Below are positions 42,437-52,748 of a DNA stretch of 64,000 nucleotides, piece after piece. This DNA is from Nitrospirota bacterium. Its GTDB lineage: Bacteria; Nitrospirota; UBA9217. The stretch's first letter is position 1; each line of letters opens with the position of its first letter. The notes beneath the pieces were generated by a model. That model saw nothing but the letters and a program-made list of their open reading frames with translations. It was not told the DNA's origin and did not search any database. The position numbers and the translations under genes were made by a program. The DNA is taken from assembly GCA_963796285.1 (NCBI GenBank), contig CAWCKW010000003.1, positions 256,001 to 320,000 on the forward strand. The letters are read 5' to 3'.

Positions 42437-43468
42437 TTATTTGATCTTCACTTCAAAAGTTATCGTCTGTATCGGCGACGAACTCGTCAGGTTCCCGAGT
42501 TTCACGGTCACCGCATTCGGCGTCGTCAATCCAACGTCCCCGGCGTCGGTGTCGGCGATATCGGTGAGGGCCGTGTTGTTCAGCCGGAGCGAATTGGCGG
42601 TATACGTCGTGTTCACCGGCAGCGGATCGCTGATCACCACGTTGTTCGCCGTGCCGCCTCCCTTTGTGCTCGCCGCAATCGTGTACCGGAGCGTCGCGCC
42701 CGGTATGGCCAGGTTTCCGCCCCATTGGTCGAGGATTGTCACGGTCTTGTTCAGGTTCACGTTCAATGCCGCAACGGATACGCCGAAGACGCCGGTTGCC
42801 GAATGTTTTCCGTCCCGTGCCCCATCGCCGACAGCGCTTCCCGCGACGTCCAAAAATACCGTGTCGATACCCGATGAATTGGGCCCCGTGGATTGCATCG
42901 AACTGTTCAAGGTGCCGGCATCGACAGCTGTTGCCACCAGGTCGTAAAGCGCTGTTTGGCCGGTTGTCAGGCCCGCAGGCGCGTCCGCCACGATCAATAC
43001 GGTGACCGACACGCCGGAGGCAAGGTTCCCGAAGGTGCTTGCGTTGCTGTACAGGGTGTCTCCCGAGTCCCAGGTGCCGCCGTTGTTATTGTCGCGAAAG
43101 ATACGAACATTGTTCATGGTCCATGTGTTCGTAGCCTTTGACACGGCCGATAATGCGAAGCGCATGGCCGTATTGCTCGTATTGGAGACGAGGAACGACA
43201 AAGCCACGTTGCTGGAGGTCGGCGCGGTATTCACGTCGGAGTTCTTGGTCACAACCACGTTGATCGCCCGGTCCACCGTGAAGGAATTCCCGGCTGTCGC
43301 GGTATGGGTCAGGCCGTCCTGGACAAAACTCACGGCGACGGTGTTCGTGATGACCGTCCCCGCAATCGTGCCCGCGGCCCCGGCCGTGCCTACCGCAAAA
43401 AGACAACAGGCAAAGCAGGTGATGATCGCCCAGTATGCCGCGTAATATGTTTTCTTGCTGTTTTGCAT
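42437..43468 (-). CDS. Secreted DUF11 protein (putative minor/adaptor pilin)
   Basis: Signal peptide, then AGTIAGTVITNTVAVSF. C-terminal DUF11 (LNKTV..AIPGATLRY..VISDPLP) ends at TITFEVKIK. Confidence 0.8.
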   Translation of the reverse strand: MQNSKKTYYAAYWAIITCFACCLFAVGTAGAAGTIAGTVITNTVAVSFVQDGLTHTATAGNSFTVDRAINVVVTKNSDVNTAPTSSNVALSFLVSNTSNTAMRFALSAVSKATNTWTMNNVRIFRDNNNGGTWDSGDTLYSNASTFGNLASGVSVTVLIVADAPAGLTTGQTALYDLVATAVDAGTLNSSMQSTGPNSSGIDTVFLDVAGSAVGDGARDGKHSATGVFGVSVAALNVNLNKTVTILDQWGGNLAIPGATLRYTIAASTKGGGTANNVVISDPLPVNTTYTANSLRLNNTALTDIADTDAGDVGLTTPNAVTVKLGNLTSSSPIQTITFEVKIK

Positions 43469-43523
43469 AGTCGTATTCGTTCGGCCATCGTCCATCGCCG
43501 GCAGGGACAATAGCGTAAGCGCC

Positions 43524-46500
43524 TTAGTTGATCTGCATCTTGAACATCACGGTAAAACTTGCACCGCCTCCGTTCAGCGTCCCGCTGGGTTTGATGCGCA
43601 CCCCTTTGACCAGCGGATCGTAACCGATGGTTGTGGGGGGATAGACATAAGGCGGACCGCCGCCGGACTGATACGAATAGGAAACCGCGTTCGCATAGGT
43701 CCACGGCGTCGTCAGGCCGCAGCTGCTGCACGAGAAGGTTACCGCGATGCCGGCGGTATCGACGTACATGGTCGTATTGGCCGGGACGACGTCCGAGACG
43801 ACAATCGAGTCCGCGTCCGCCACGCCGCCGCCATTGTTGATCACCTGAATCGTATATTGGATCTCCGCGCCGGGGATCGCCTTAGCTGACGCTGACACCC
43901 CGTTGATGGGATCGGAGATGACCGACGCTGATTTCACGACCATGATATTCGGCAGCAACTGCACGAGGAACGTGCCCACGCCGGTGTCCGATACCGTGTT
44001 TTCCGTCCCTTCCTTGGCCGTGATGCTATAGGTCCAGATTCCGCCGGGGCCGGCGCCGGGCACCGTGTACGCGTACTCGTATGTATTGGTCCCTGAGGTG
44101 GACGATACTATGTTGGTTAACGTGGCGGCGCTCACGAGCGTATTGTTGTTCGGGTCCTTGATCGTGATCGCTGCTGAGGAGATATCGAAGCTTCCGAAGG
44201 GATCGCTCACCACCGGCCGCAGATAGACCGTCTGACCGCCGGCATAGTTGCCTGATGCGGGGGTCGACGTACTGGGATACGTCGCAAGATAGGCGTTGAC
44301 GCTGTTCACGGTGATGACTGTTGAGACCGGCAGTACTGTTTTGGAGATGCTATTGCCCAAGGTAGTGTCCACCGGATACACCAGGATGCTGCGGCCTGCA
44401 GAGCTGTTGTTGGTTATCGTAAGGGTCAGGTAGTTGCCCGCGGTGCACGTGCGGGGGAGCGCGGCGCTCGTCAGGGTCACGTTCATCGTGGTTGTGGCTG
44501 CGGAGAAGAGCGTCCGCGTCGTGGTTCCGGTGAAGGCATTGGCGCCCCAGCTCGCCGAGCAGTTGAGCGTTGCCGCCGCGGTGTGATTGGTGTTATTGTT
44601 GCCCGCAAGGCTTCGCAGATAGAGCGTCAGGGGGACGTTCGCGGTGATCGTGACGTCTTTACGCAGAGGCTGGGTCTGGAGCGACCAGACAGCGGAGGCG
44701 GCGCTCGCGATCGTGATCGCGGTCGTGTTCGGCGCGACTGCAGATGACGGCGTTCTCGACATAAGGTAGGGGGAGCTTGCCCCGCCGTAGAAATAGAGCG
44801 GCTTATTGCCGATCAGCGAGACGATCGTGGCCGTGGTCGAGGACACTGCAGGCCCTGCGCCCACCGGAAGGGTGATGTTCGCTGTGTTGGCGATCGAGCC
44901 CGACATTGCCGAGACCGTGGCGTTGAAGACGATGGTTACTGAGCCACTCGCCGGGACCGTGATGCTCCGGATGTCAAGCGTTGTGGCGGTGGAAAAGTCC
45001 GCGGCGCCGGAAGGTATGCTTACCACCAGGAGGCTCGATAGATTTGTCGAAATCGTGTCAGTGACCTGCGCGCCGAAGGCCGTCACCGTCGAAGAACTGT
45101 TGATGAGCGTGATCGTGTACTGCAGGACATCGCCGGGATTCACGTTGCCGCCGCCGGGGCCGCCGCTCAGGTCCGTCCAGGTCTTCGTGGATGTCGAGAG
45201 GTTCGGCGTTTGAACCGTGGTGGTGTCGGTAACCGTATAAGCATTTACTACCGGCCCCGATGAATTGGTGAACGTGAACGTGGCCCGTGTTACGATCTGG
45301 TCGATGGTGCCGGTCGGCGCGGACGAGAGGACCGTGTCCTTCACCAGGATGCAGATCGGCGTTCCCGCAGTCGCGCTGATGGAACCCGGCAATGCAATAT
45401 CGCCCGCGTTGTAGATTCCACTGCAATCCACATCCTGATACAGAACGACCGCAGGCCAGGTCGGCTGACTTCTGCTGTTCACAGCGAAACTGACCATACC
45501 GCCCGACCCGGGCGAAAATGTATGTGCGTAATAAAGCTGGGCAAGCTGCCCGCCGCTCAGAGCGAGCGAGGACGGAGACAGGATATTGTCCGGGACATTG
45601 CTGAGTACAAGGCCGGTGATCTCGGTCCCCCGGGTAAACGTGAAGGTGACATCGCGACTGCCGAGGTTCACCCCAGAACCAACGGCGCTGCCAGGGTTGT
45701 AGTTCACCATGGAGTATCCTGCCGGAATCGTAGTCTCCGTGACCCGAGCCTTCGTGAAGTTAGTGCCCCAGGGCACGTAGAGCGAATAGGCCCCGTTAGC
45801 GTCGGTTGTGGCCGTGTCGATGGAAGTACAGCTGCTGTCGTCACAGATGCTCACGTTCATGCCGGAGAGGCCCGTCTCTCCTGCGTTCTGGACACCGTTG
45901 TTGGCGTTCGCACCCACGGCGGCCCCATCGTCCTTTAACGCAAGTCCGTCGATGCGGGTCCCGTTCAAGACACCGAAGTTCTGGTTGGTCAGATTCGATG
46001 AGCCCACCGCCACGCCGGAGAGGGTGTAATTGACCGGACTCGTGTAGATCCACTGGGTAGAGGGGAAGGACGGGTCGAAGGCAGTGTTGTTCGTGGTACT
46101 CAGGATAATCGTGTACGTGTCGTTGGTCGGCACGAGATTGAATGTGTAGGTTCCCGCGGCCTGATCGACCGATGTGATCGAAAGTGCGGAAACGAGATTG
46201 CTCGACCGGAAGAGCTTCGCATAAATGCCGGCAAGATTGGGGCTGTTCTCACCAGCGTCCCGGATGCCGCTGTGGTTGGCGTCGTTGTAGACCATGCCCG
46301 AGACAGTTGTTGAAGGACCCGACAGCGCGACCGTGGTGGTGTCGGTCACGTTGTAAGTGCCGGTCAGCGGCCCGATGGAGTTGGTGAACACGAATGTCGC
46401 CCGGGTGACAATCTGGTCCGTGATCCCGAGCGTTATGCCTGCGGGGATCGTTTCTTTGACCAGGATGCAGAGCGGCGTTCCAACGCTGGCAATAAACGAG

Positions 46501-48731
46501 GCGGGCAGCGCGATGTCGCCCGCGTCATAGGAACCGTTGCAGTTTACGTCCTTATAGAGCGTCTTCAGCCATGTCTGGGTCTGGCTGGAAACAACGAAAC
46601 TGACCGTCCCGCCGCTCCCGGGCGTAAACACATGACCAAAATAGACCAAGGAGGGGGAACTGCCTATCTGTGTTAGAGAAGAAGGCGAGAACACATTGTC
46701 TTGTATGTCGCCGAAGATGATGCCGTTGTACTTGTTGTATAGCGTGTAAGTGAACTGGATGTATTCGGGCGGTCCCATGGTGTAAGCGCCGCCGGTGCTC
46801 CCGACATTGGCGTTCACCGACAGGTAACCCGCGGGATTGGTCTCGTAAACCCTCAGCGTCTTACTTGCCGTGTTCGTAAACAGCATGAAGGTGCCGCCGC
46901 TGTCAGTGGTTGTAGTGTCATAGGTCGTGCCGCCGGTATTGTTCGTAAGCCAGACCGTCACGCCGGAGACCCCGGTCTCGGCCGCGTTCAGCACACCGTC
47001 GTTGGCATTTGATGGAGCGCCATTGTACCCGTTGTCATTGATCACCCTGCCAAAAATGCGGGAGCCATGGTACACGCCGAAGTTCTGGCTGCTCACGCTG
47101 GAGCCGCCAACGATCACATTCGAGAGCGTGAAATTGAGAGGGTTCGTGTCGACCCATTGGGCCGTAAATAGCGGCGTCGGGTCGATCAGGCTGTTGTTTG
47201 TACTCAGAATGATCGTGTAATTCTCATAGGAAGGCACGTTCACAAACGTGTAAGACCCCGCGGTTACCAGCACGGCCTGCAGGGCCGTGATCATATTGCT
47301 GGATCGGAATAGTTTCGCGTAATAATTACTTCCCGTGTTGGCCGCCGTTTCACCGCCATCAAGGGTACCGTTATGGTTGGCATCATTGAAGACAAAGCCC
47401 GAAACAGAAACAGTAGCGCCGGTCACGGTTGCAAGCACGGACGCGCTGTTGTTGCCGGAGTTGTAGTCCGTGATCACCGCAGGCACGGTCAATGAAGCCG
47501 TGTTCATGATCTGGGTGCCTGGCGTCGCGGAGCCGCTCACCGTCCCCCGTACCGTATAGGTCACCGAACCGTTAAAAGGCAGTGTAGCGGTGCCGGCGCT
47601 CGCGATGTTGATCGTGCCGGTACCCGAAGCGCTGCCGCAGACTCCGCCGCCTGAGCCGGTACAGGTCCAGGTGACGCCGGTCACGAGGGCCGGAAAAGTA
47701 TCATCGATCGGCACATTGACGGCTGTCGTATTGGCAGGACCGTAGTTCTTCGCTGTGATCGTATAATTGATCTGACCGTTCGCCGTAACCGAGGGATTCG
47801 AAACGAGTTTGGTGATCGCGAGATCAATGTCCGTCTGGAGCGGGTCTATCAGCAGGTTTCGGATCTCATGGTAGTTCGTGGAGCCGCCGGTGCTTGCCGC
47901 ATAACCGATCTTGACCGAAGCTGGTATCGGCCTGCCGGTAAAGAGTCCCGTGATCACCGGCGTCACTGGCTGGTTATAGCCGAACTGGATATAGGTATCG
48001 ACCTGCAGGTAATTTGGCGCAGGGACCGGCGTCAGTTTGATCACGACCTTGCGGTATTGGGAACTATACTGGATCGGCCGATAAAACTGGTTGTTGAAAG
48101 CGAGTTGATTTCCTGCTATGGCGCCCGATCCGCCAAGCCAGTAATAGGCACCCGAGGGATGATTGTACGGCCCGCGAACGCCCACTTCGTTCACCTGCTG
48201 ACCTGGCCCGCCAAGGCGTCCCTCGCTGGGATTCGAGAAGTTCCCATACTCGTCAATGCCGATGCCGATGTATCCGCCGGTGAGGCCTGAATGAAGCGGG
48301 GCCACGGTTTTTTTATCGTATCCGAGGGAACCGCCTGAAGCGCCGGGCGCGAAGGTCATTGCATCATAGGACCCGTCAAAAAGAAAGACGCTGTATCCGT
48401 CGGCCCCATTCCCGCCCCAGGTCGCGTAATCGAACTGGATGACCACACCCGTGGAGATATCAAAGGGAGAATCGAAGAAGGCGAACCCCGACTGATTTGT
48501 GAGAGGTTCGGTGATTCGCAGCCAGCCGTCCCCGGCGGTGTCGACGCCGGTACTTGCAGTAAGGTAGGCGCTTCCGCCGATCACCCATCCGGGAGAGGAC
48601 ATGCCGGTCATTGGCTCATTGACGATCGAGGCCCAGGCGCTGTTACTGAAAAGCCACCCCGAAACTACCAGGATAAATACGAGTATTCTCAGTGAGGAAC
48701 GAAACCCCGAACTTCTATTTGGGATTGTCAT
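43524..48731 (-). CDS. Large secreted adhesin (1735 aa): L-type lectin domain, DUF11 and SdrD-B-like repeats, C-terminal truncated DUF11
   Basis: GWLRIT..GADGYSVFLFD..GGSLGY..GIDEYGNF..GYAASTGGSTNYHEIRN (legume-like lectin); VSGxVxNDANHxG..DxGE SdrD-B motifs; very S/T-rich. Confidence 0.85.
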   Translation of the reverse strand: MTIPNRSSGFRSSLRILVFILVVSGWLFSNSAWASIVNEPMTGMSSPGWVIGGSAYLTASTGVDTAGDGWLRITEPLTNQSGFAFFDSPFDISTGVVIQFDYATWGGNGADGYSVFLFDGSYDAMTFAPGASGGSLGYDKKTVAPLHSGLTGGYIGIGIDEYGNFSNPSEGRLGGPGQQVNEVGVRGPYNHPSGAYYWLGGSGAIAGNQLAFNNQFYRPIQYSSQYRKVVIKLTPVPAPNYLQVDTYIQFGYNQPVTPVITGLFTGRPIPASVKIGYAASTGGSTNYHEIRNLLIDPLQTDIDLAITKLVSNPSVTANGQINYTITAKNYGPANTTAVNVPIDDTFPALVTGVTWTCTGSGGGVCGSASGTGTINIASAGTATLPFNGSVTYTVRGTVSGSATPGTQIMNTASLTVPAVITDYNSGNNSASVLATVTGATVSVSGFVFNDANHNGTLDGGETAANTGSNYYAKLFRSSNMITALQAVLVTAGSYTFVNVPSYENYTIILSTNNSLIDPTPLFTAQWVDTNPLNFTLSNVIVGGSSVSSQNFGVYHGSRIFGRVINDNGYNGAPSNANDGVLNAAETGVSGVTVWLTNNTGGTTYDTTTTDSGGTFMLFTNTASKTLRVYETNPAGYLSVNANVGSTGGAYTMGPPEYIQFTYTLYNKYNGIIFGDIQDNVFSPSSLTQIGSSPSLVYFGHVFTPGSGGTVSFVVSSQTQTWLKTLYKDVNCNGSYDAGDIALPASFIASVGTPLCILVKETIPAGITLGITDQIVTRATFVFTNSIGPLTGTYNVTDTTTVALSGPSTTVSGMVYNDANHSGIRDAGENSPNLAGIYAKLFRSSNLVSALSITSVDQAAGTYTFNLVPTNDTYTIILSTTNNTAFDPSFPSTQWIYTSPVNYTLSGVAVGSSNLTNQNFGVLNGTRIDGLALKDDGAAVGANANNGVQNAGETGLSGMNVSICDDSSCTSIDTATTDANGAYSLYVPWGTNFTKARVTETTIPAGYSMVNYNPGSAVGSGVNLGSRDVTFTFTRGTEITGLVLSNVPDNILSPSSLALSGGQLAQLYYAHTFSPGSGGMVSFAVNSRSQPTWPAVVLYQDVDCSGIYNAGDIALPGSISATAGTPICILVKDTVLSSAPTGTIDQIVTRATFTFTNSSGPVVNAYTVTDTTTVQTPNLSTSTKTWTDLSGGPGGGNVNPGDVLQYTITLINSSSTVTAFGAQVTDTISTNLSSLLVVSIPSGAADFSTATTLDIRSITVPASGSVTIVFNATVSAMSGSIANTANITLPVGAGPAVSSTTATIVSLIGNKPLYFYGGASSPYLMSRTPSSAVAPNTTAITIASAASAVWSLQTQPLRKDVTITANVPLTLYLRSLAGNNNTNHTAAATLNCSASWGANAFTGTTTRTLFSAATTTMNVTLTSAALPRTCTAGNYLTLTITNNSSAGRSILVYPVDTTLGNSISKTVLPVSTVITVNSVNAYLATYPSTSTPASGNYAGGQTVYLRPVVSDPFGSFDISSAAITIKDPNNNTLVSAATLTNIVSSTSGTNTYEYAYTVPGAGPGGIWTYSITAKEGTENTVSDTGVGTFLVQLLPNIMVVKSASVISDPINGVSASAKAIPGAEIQYTIQVINNGGGVADADSIVVSDVVPANTTMYVDTAGIAVTFSCSSCGLTTPWTYANAVSYSYQSGGGPPYVYPPTTIGYDPLVKGVRIKPSGTLNGGGASFTVMFKMQIN
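45215..47410 (-). repeat. Internal tandem duplication of a ~370-aa module in the adhesin
   Basis: Both units begin VSG(F/M)V(F/Y)NDANH..YAKLFRSSN and end DQIVTRATFxFTNSxGP..YxVTDTTTV. Boundaries approximate. Confidence 0.75.
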
Positions 48732-48848
48732 GTGTTCATCCCCATGGTTGAACAGTTTTTTGCATTGTTGAACAAAATTTGCATATATAACCAGGTTATG
48801 ATTTGCCCCCGTAATCCTTCAGGGCGTTATTAATATCCAATATGCTTG

Positions 48849-48876
48849 ATTATACAGAAATATAAATTATTGTCAA
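48849..48876 (-). promoter_or_regulatory. sigma70 promoter of the DUF11 operon
   Basis: Minus strand TTGACA-16 nt-TATAAT (perfect hexamers), about 120 nt upstream of the adhesin start. Confidence 0.7.
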
Positions 48877-49525
48877 TACTTTTTTTTGTTGTTTTATCGG
48901 CATTAGAATAGCCGGTCTTTCTTCAAAGCGTCGGTGCCACAATGCGAGCTTGTAAGACTCCAAGTCCTCGCTCCGGGAGCTGATTATTTTAATAATGCAG
49001 GGCTTTTCTTAGTGCTTTCGTATCATAGGTGGGGTAATTTTTTGCAGACTAACATCAAGCGGTAATGTTTAATCTAAAAAAAACAGCAGTTATGCACGCA
49101 AGGCCGCCCCGATAGATCCAGGCGAAGTCAGGCTCCGGACGTTAAGAAAAAAGAAAAGCTTGTTAATGACTTCATCCAGTTAGCGATGCCTTTTTTCGGA
49201 TCAAGCGCTTATTTATTCTGTATGATCCGACCTATGTGGACCTTCACTTGTATATCTGTGACTAAATGCTCTTTATAGGTTTAAGAATTGTGCGCTTTTG
49301 TAATACAGGCTATTCTGGTTTTTTGATCAAGACCATGAAGATAATTTTTCCTAACTTCTTTGCGATTGGCGTTTCGGTTAATATGCCATGGTATATTAAC
49401 GATTAATACATGAAATCTCCCTCAAATAATTACTGTGAAATGCGGCCGCTCATTATAGTACGGCATCAGCATGCGGAGAGGCCTTGCTCATCCTCGTTTC
49501 TACAGCCGGCCGGGCACGCAAAACA

Positions 49526-49602
49526 ACACAGGCGGTGATTTCTCACCGCCTGTGTCATCATCCTGGTCATCAACGAGGGGCAGCCGCTCAGGGCTGCCCC
49601 TC
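49526..49602 (-). terminator. Tandem hairpins / intrinsic terminator downstream of the small membrane protein pair
   Basis: ACACAGGCGGTGA/TCACCGCCTGTGT 13-bp stem followed by TGTTTT on the minus strand; second stem GAGGGGCAGCC/GGCTGCCCCTC. Confidence 0.65.
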
Positions 49603-49637
49603 CAAAATAATTTTATGATCAGCTTGCAGAAATTCGA

Positions 49638-49949
49638 CTACGCCTTCTCTGCTGCCTTCTCTCTCATCGCACTCGGCGCGGATACGAGGTAGCCCATCGC
49701 CGTGCCGATCAGCCCGCCGACCACGAGGCAGACCGCTGCTGCGCAGGCGATCCCGACCACGATCCCCATCACGATTATTGCCCGCGCTATGAGGGTCGGC
49801 TCAACTGTCCCGCCCATCAGCTTCTGGAGCAGGATCAGCGTCCCGAAGCTGCCGAAGTAGAACCCCGGCATGATCCCGAATACCAGAAACACCACCCCCC
49901 CTATTGATGCTCCGATCTTCATTCCTGTTTTGACTGTCTCGTTCTTCAT
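49638..49949 (-). CDS. Small Gly-rich membrane protein
   Basis: 103 aa, hydrophobic, FGIMPGFYFG motif; AAAGGAG RBS; paralog of the upstream gene. Confidence 0.75.
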   Translation of the reverse strand: MKNETVKTGMKIGASIGGVVFLVFGIMPGFYFGSFGTLILLQKLMGGTVEPTLIARAIIVMGIVVGIACAAAVCLVVGGLIGTAMGYLVSAPSAMREKAAEKA

Positions 49950-50009
49950 GGCGAATCTCCTTTCAGCCGCAGCTGTTATATTTTGTTGAATAGTATCTTG
50001 CCCCTCTGT

Positions 50010-50330
50010 TTATCTCTGGCCCGCTTTTGCTTCTTCCGGCTCTTTGGCATGCGTGCCCGATTCAAGGGCCTTGCCGACAAGCCAGCCGACCGTTGATGTG
50101 GCCGTTACCATCACGATGCCGGCTACCAGAACTCCGAGGAGCATGGATGCGAGTACGATGACCCTCGATACCAGTCCCGGCTGGAGGGGAAGCCCAAAGA
50201 ACCATCCCGCGATATTGATGCCCATCGCGCCGCCCAGCAGGCTGCCCGGCAGAAGCCCAAAGAGCGCGAAGAGCACCAGTCCTGCGCCTGCCCCGATGTA
50301 TGCTGTCTTTCTTGCTATTGTGGTCTTCAT
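50010..50330 (-). CDS. Small Gly-rich membrane protein
   Basis: MKTTIARKTAYIGAGAGLVLFALFGLLPGSLLGG; AAGGAGG RBS. Confidence 0.75.
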   Translation of the reverse strand: MKTTIARKTAYIGAGAGLVLFALFGLLPGSLLGGAMGINIAGWFFGLPLQPGLVSRVIVLASMLLGVLVAGIVMVTATSTVGWLVGKALESGTHAKEPEEAKAGQR

Positions 50331-50369
50331 TGTCGTTTCCTCCTTTTCGTTCGTCTTGCTTAGATAAAT

Positions 50370-50385
50370 TGCATCAACCATGCCA
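50370..50385 (-). promoter_or_regulatory. sigma54 (-24/-12) promoter
   Basis: TGGCATGGTTGATGCA = GG-N10-GC, 40 nt upstream of ATG 50330. Confidence 0.65.
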
Positions 50386-50621
50386 AAACCCAACTGATTG
50401 ATTTTATGAATATCGGCCGGGCCAATGATTTTGCAAAACTGAGAAAATAGCAATGACAAACGACATAAGTGCGAAGAACGCACCAGCAGACGGAAGGGAA
50501 AAATCACCGATCAAAGCGAATGCCTCGTTACGATAATTAACAGAGAATCTTACTCTTGTTGCCGGATACAGTGGGAAAAACAGCCTTGACTGCCATTAAA
50601 AAAATATGATAGACTCCGCAA

Positions 50622-51944
50622 ATGCACGTACCATTCACTAAACAGATCATTTTTATCGGTCTTTTGTTACATCTCGTCATGACGGTTTCCCCCTCCTGTG
50701 CGCAGGAACACGCGAACAGGGATTATGAAATAGCGGTTGCCAAGGGCACGCTGCAAATTGAGACCGGTGAATACAGTGAAGCCATTGCGTCACTTAACAA
50801 AGCGCTGGAAATCAAAGAAGATGACAAGGCGGCCACCCAGTCGCTCGGCATCGCTTATTCACGGTCAGGAGACTTTACTGCCGCCCACAGGGTCCTGCTG
50901 AAGGCCCTTGAGATCGACAGAACCGATTTTCGGACCCGCTATGAACTTGGCATTTCGAGTTACAAGCTCGGGGATTCGGAAAATGCCGGGCGCCTGTTCC
51001 GTGAAGTTGCCGACGGCGGTGCTGAGGAGCAACTGACGATCGGCGCAAAAAGGTATCTTGACCTCCTGTCTTCAGAAGAAGCTGGACATAAGAAAGAGGC
51101 GTTCACCCTGGACGTGCTCGCCGGGCTCCAGTATGACTCGAACGTTATTCTGGAACCGTCTGACGCAGCAGCCTCGGACGGAAAAAAGGCGGATTGGCGC
51201 GCTATCGCGATGGTGAACGCCGCATACCCGTTGATAAAGATGGAACGCACAACCGCCGAAGCAGGGTACCGCTTTTACCAGAGCGTGCACAACAGCATTC
51301 AGGGCTTCAATGTCCAGCAGCACAATCTCGGCCTCGGCGCAAAGATCGTTGTTGCCGATGATGTGCGGGCAGGCCTGAACTACCAGTATAGCTATTCACT
51401 TGTGGGAGGAGACCGCTACAGCATTATTCACCAGATCATGCCGTTAGTGTCCCTGGATCTCTCTTCATATCAGACCGCAGAACTTGCCTATACCCATGAG
51501 TCAAAGAAGTTCTTCGATAACAGCGACTTTATCGGGAATACCGACCGGTCCGGGAACAACAACGCTGTTGGTTTGACCTATCGTCATGAACTTGGCAAGG
51601 ACCTTGGTGTTTCAGCGGGCTATGCCTATGACAAGGATTTCACATCCGCATCCAATTGGTCATATACGGGTCACAAAGGGTCCGCGGGCGCACACGCGGT
51701 ATTCTCCGGCTTCACGTTTTTTGCGGGACTGTCGTACACTGCCAGGAACTATGGTGACACGTTTCCCGGGTTTACGGACAAGCGGAACGACCGAGTGCAG
51801 GAATATTCATTGAACATCGTCCGGGAAATCTCCAGGCGCATGAGAATCGACCTATCGGAGCTGTATGTGAAGAACCAGTCGACCCTTTCACCCTATGACT
51901 ACAGCAGAAATATAGTGGGGCTCTCGGTGGTCGTGACATTATGA
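50622..51944 (+). CDS. TPR plus outer-membrane beta-barrel protein (DUF560/SLAM-like)
   Basis: Signal peptide; about 3 TPRs; GLQYDSNV barrel start; C-terminal N.ST..YDYSRNIVGLSVVVTL. Confidence 0.75.
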   Translation: MHVPFTKQIIFIGLLLHLVMTVSPSCAQEHANRDYEIAVAKGTLQIETGEYSEAIASLNKALEIKEDDKAATQSLGIAYSRSGDFTAAHRVLLKALEIDRTDFRTRYELGISSYKLGDSENAGRLFREVADGGAEEQLTIGAKRYLDLLSSEEAGHKKEAFTLDVLAGLQYDSNVILEPSDAAASDGKKADWRAIAMVNAAYPLIKMERTTAEAGYRFYQSVHNSIQGFNVQQHNLGLGAKIVVADDVRAGLNYQYSYSLVGGDRYSIIHQIMPLVSLDLSSYQTAELAYTHESKKFFDNSDFIGNTDRSGNNNAVGLTYRHELGKDLGVSAGYAYDKDFTSASNWSYTGHKGSAGAHAVFSGFTFFAGLSYTARNYGDTFPGFTDKRNDRVQEYSLNIVREISRRMRIDLSELYVKNQSTLSPYDYSRNIVGLSVVVTL

Positions 51945-52732
51945 TGAATCTTCTGCGCATACACATCCTCGTTGCGTTCGCCGCGCTGCTCGCGGCCCCG
52001 TTCGCTTCCGCTGCCGCGGACAAAGCCGGCGACATTGTCTCCCTGCGCGGCAAGGCCGTCATCAAGCGACTGACTAAAAAAGATATCTCTGCGACGCCGA
52101 AGACGCCTCTTCTGGAGTCCGATCAGGTGATTACCCTGGAAAAGTCCCGCATGAAGATGCTCTTCAGGGACGATAGCGTACTCACCCTCGGCGCGAACAG
52201 CAAACTCATCATCAGGAAGTATCTCTACAGCCCGGAAAACAAACGCAGTGAATCGATCTATGAGCTCGCCGACGGAAAATTACGGGCCGTTGTCGGAAGT
52301 AAGGAGTTCACGGTAACGACCCCAACCGCATTGACCGCTGCCCGTGGCACGGTGTTCATCACCTGGTACGACAAAGGAATAGACAGCACGGGCGTGGCTG
52401 TCATCGAAGGAAGCGTGCTTGTGCAGAGCAGTGACGAGACGATCAAGGGCTCGCGCACCCTGACGGCAGGTCAGATGGTGTTCGTGCCCGCGCATCAGCC
52501 CCCGGGAACGCCGGTCCCCATTAATTTTCAGTCGGACATCGGCCGGGGAAGCGAGGTCGGCGTGATCATCGCCGAGGTAAGCGGTGATGCGCCTCCGGAC
52601 CCTCTTGTGCCGCCACGGGTGTTCGGCGGACGCGACATCAGAGACGTGATGCGGATCTTTCCTGCCGCCCCGCCGCTGGACCAGGCTCCAAAAAGTGTGA
52701 CAACAGTAAATCTGAATCTGACATTCCAGTAG
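51941..52732 (+). CDS. Periplasmic FecR-domain protein
   Basis: D.VIT..KSRMKMLFRDDSVLTLGANS, FTVTTPTALTAARGTVF, VAVIEGSV motifs. Confidence 0.85.
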   Translation: MMNLLRIHILVAFAALLAAPFASAAADKAGDIVSLRGKAVIKRLTKKDISATPKTPLLESDQVITLEKSRMKMLFRDDSVLTLGANSKLIIRKYLYSPENKRSESIYELADGKLRAVVGSKEFTVTTPTALTAARGTVFITWYDKGIDSTGVAVIEGSVLVQSSDETIKGSRTLTAGQMVFVPAHQPPGTPVPINFQSDIGRGSEVGVIIAEVSGDAPPDPLVPPRVFGGRDIRDVMRIFPAAPPLDQAPKSVTTVNLNLTFQ

Positions 52733-52748
52733 CACGCGGGGCAATGAC

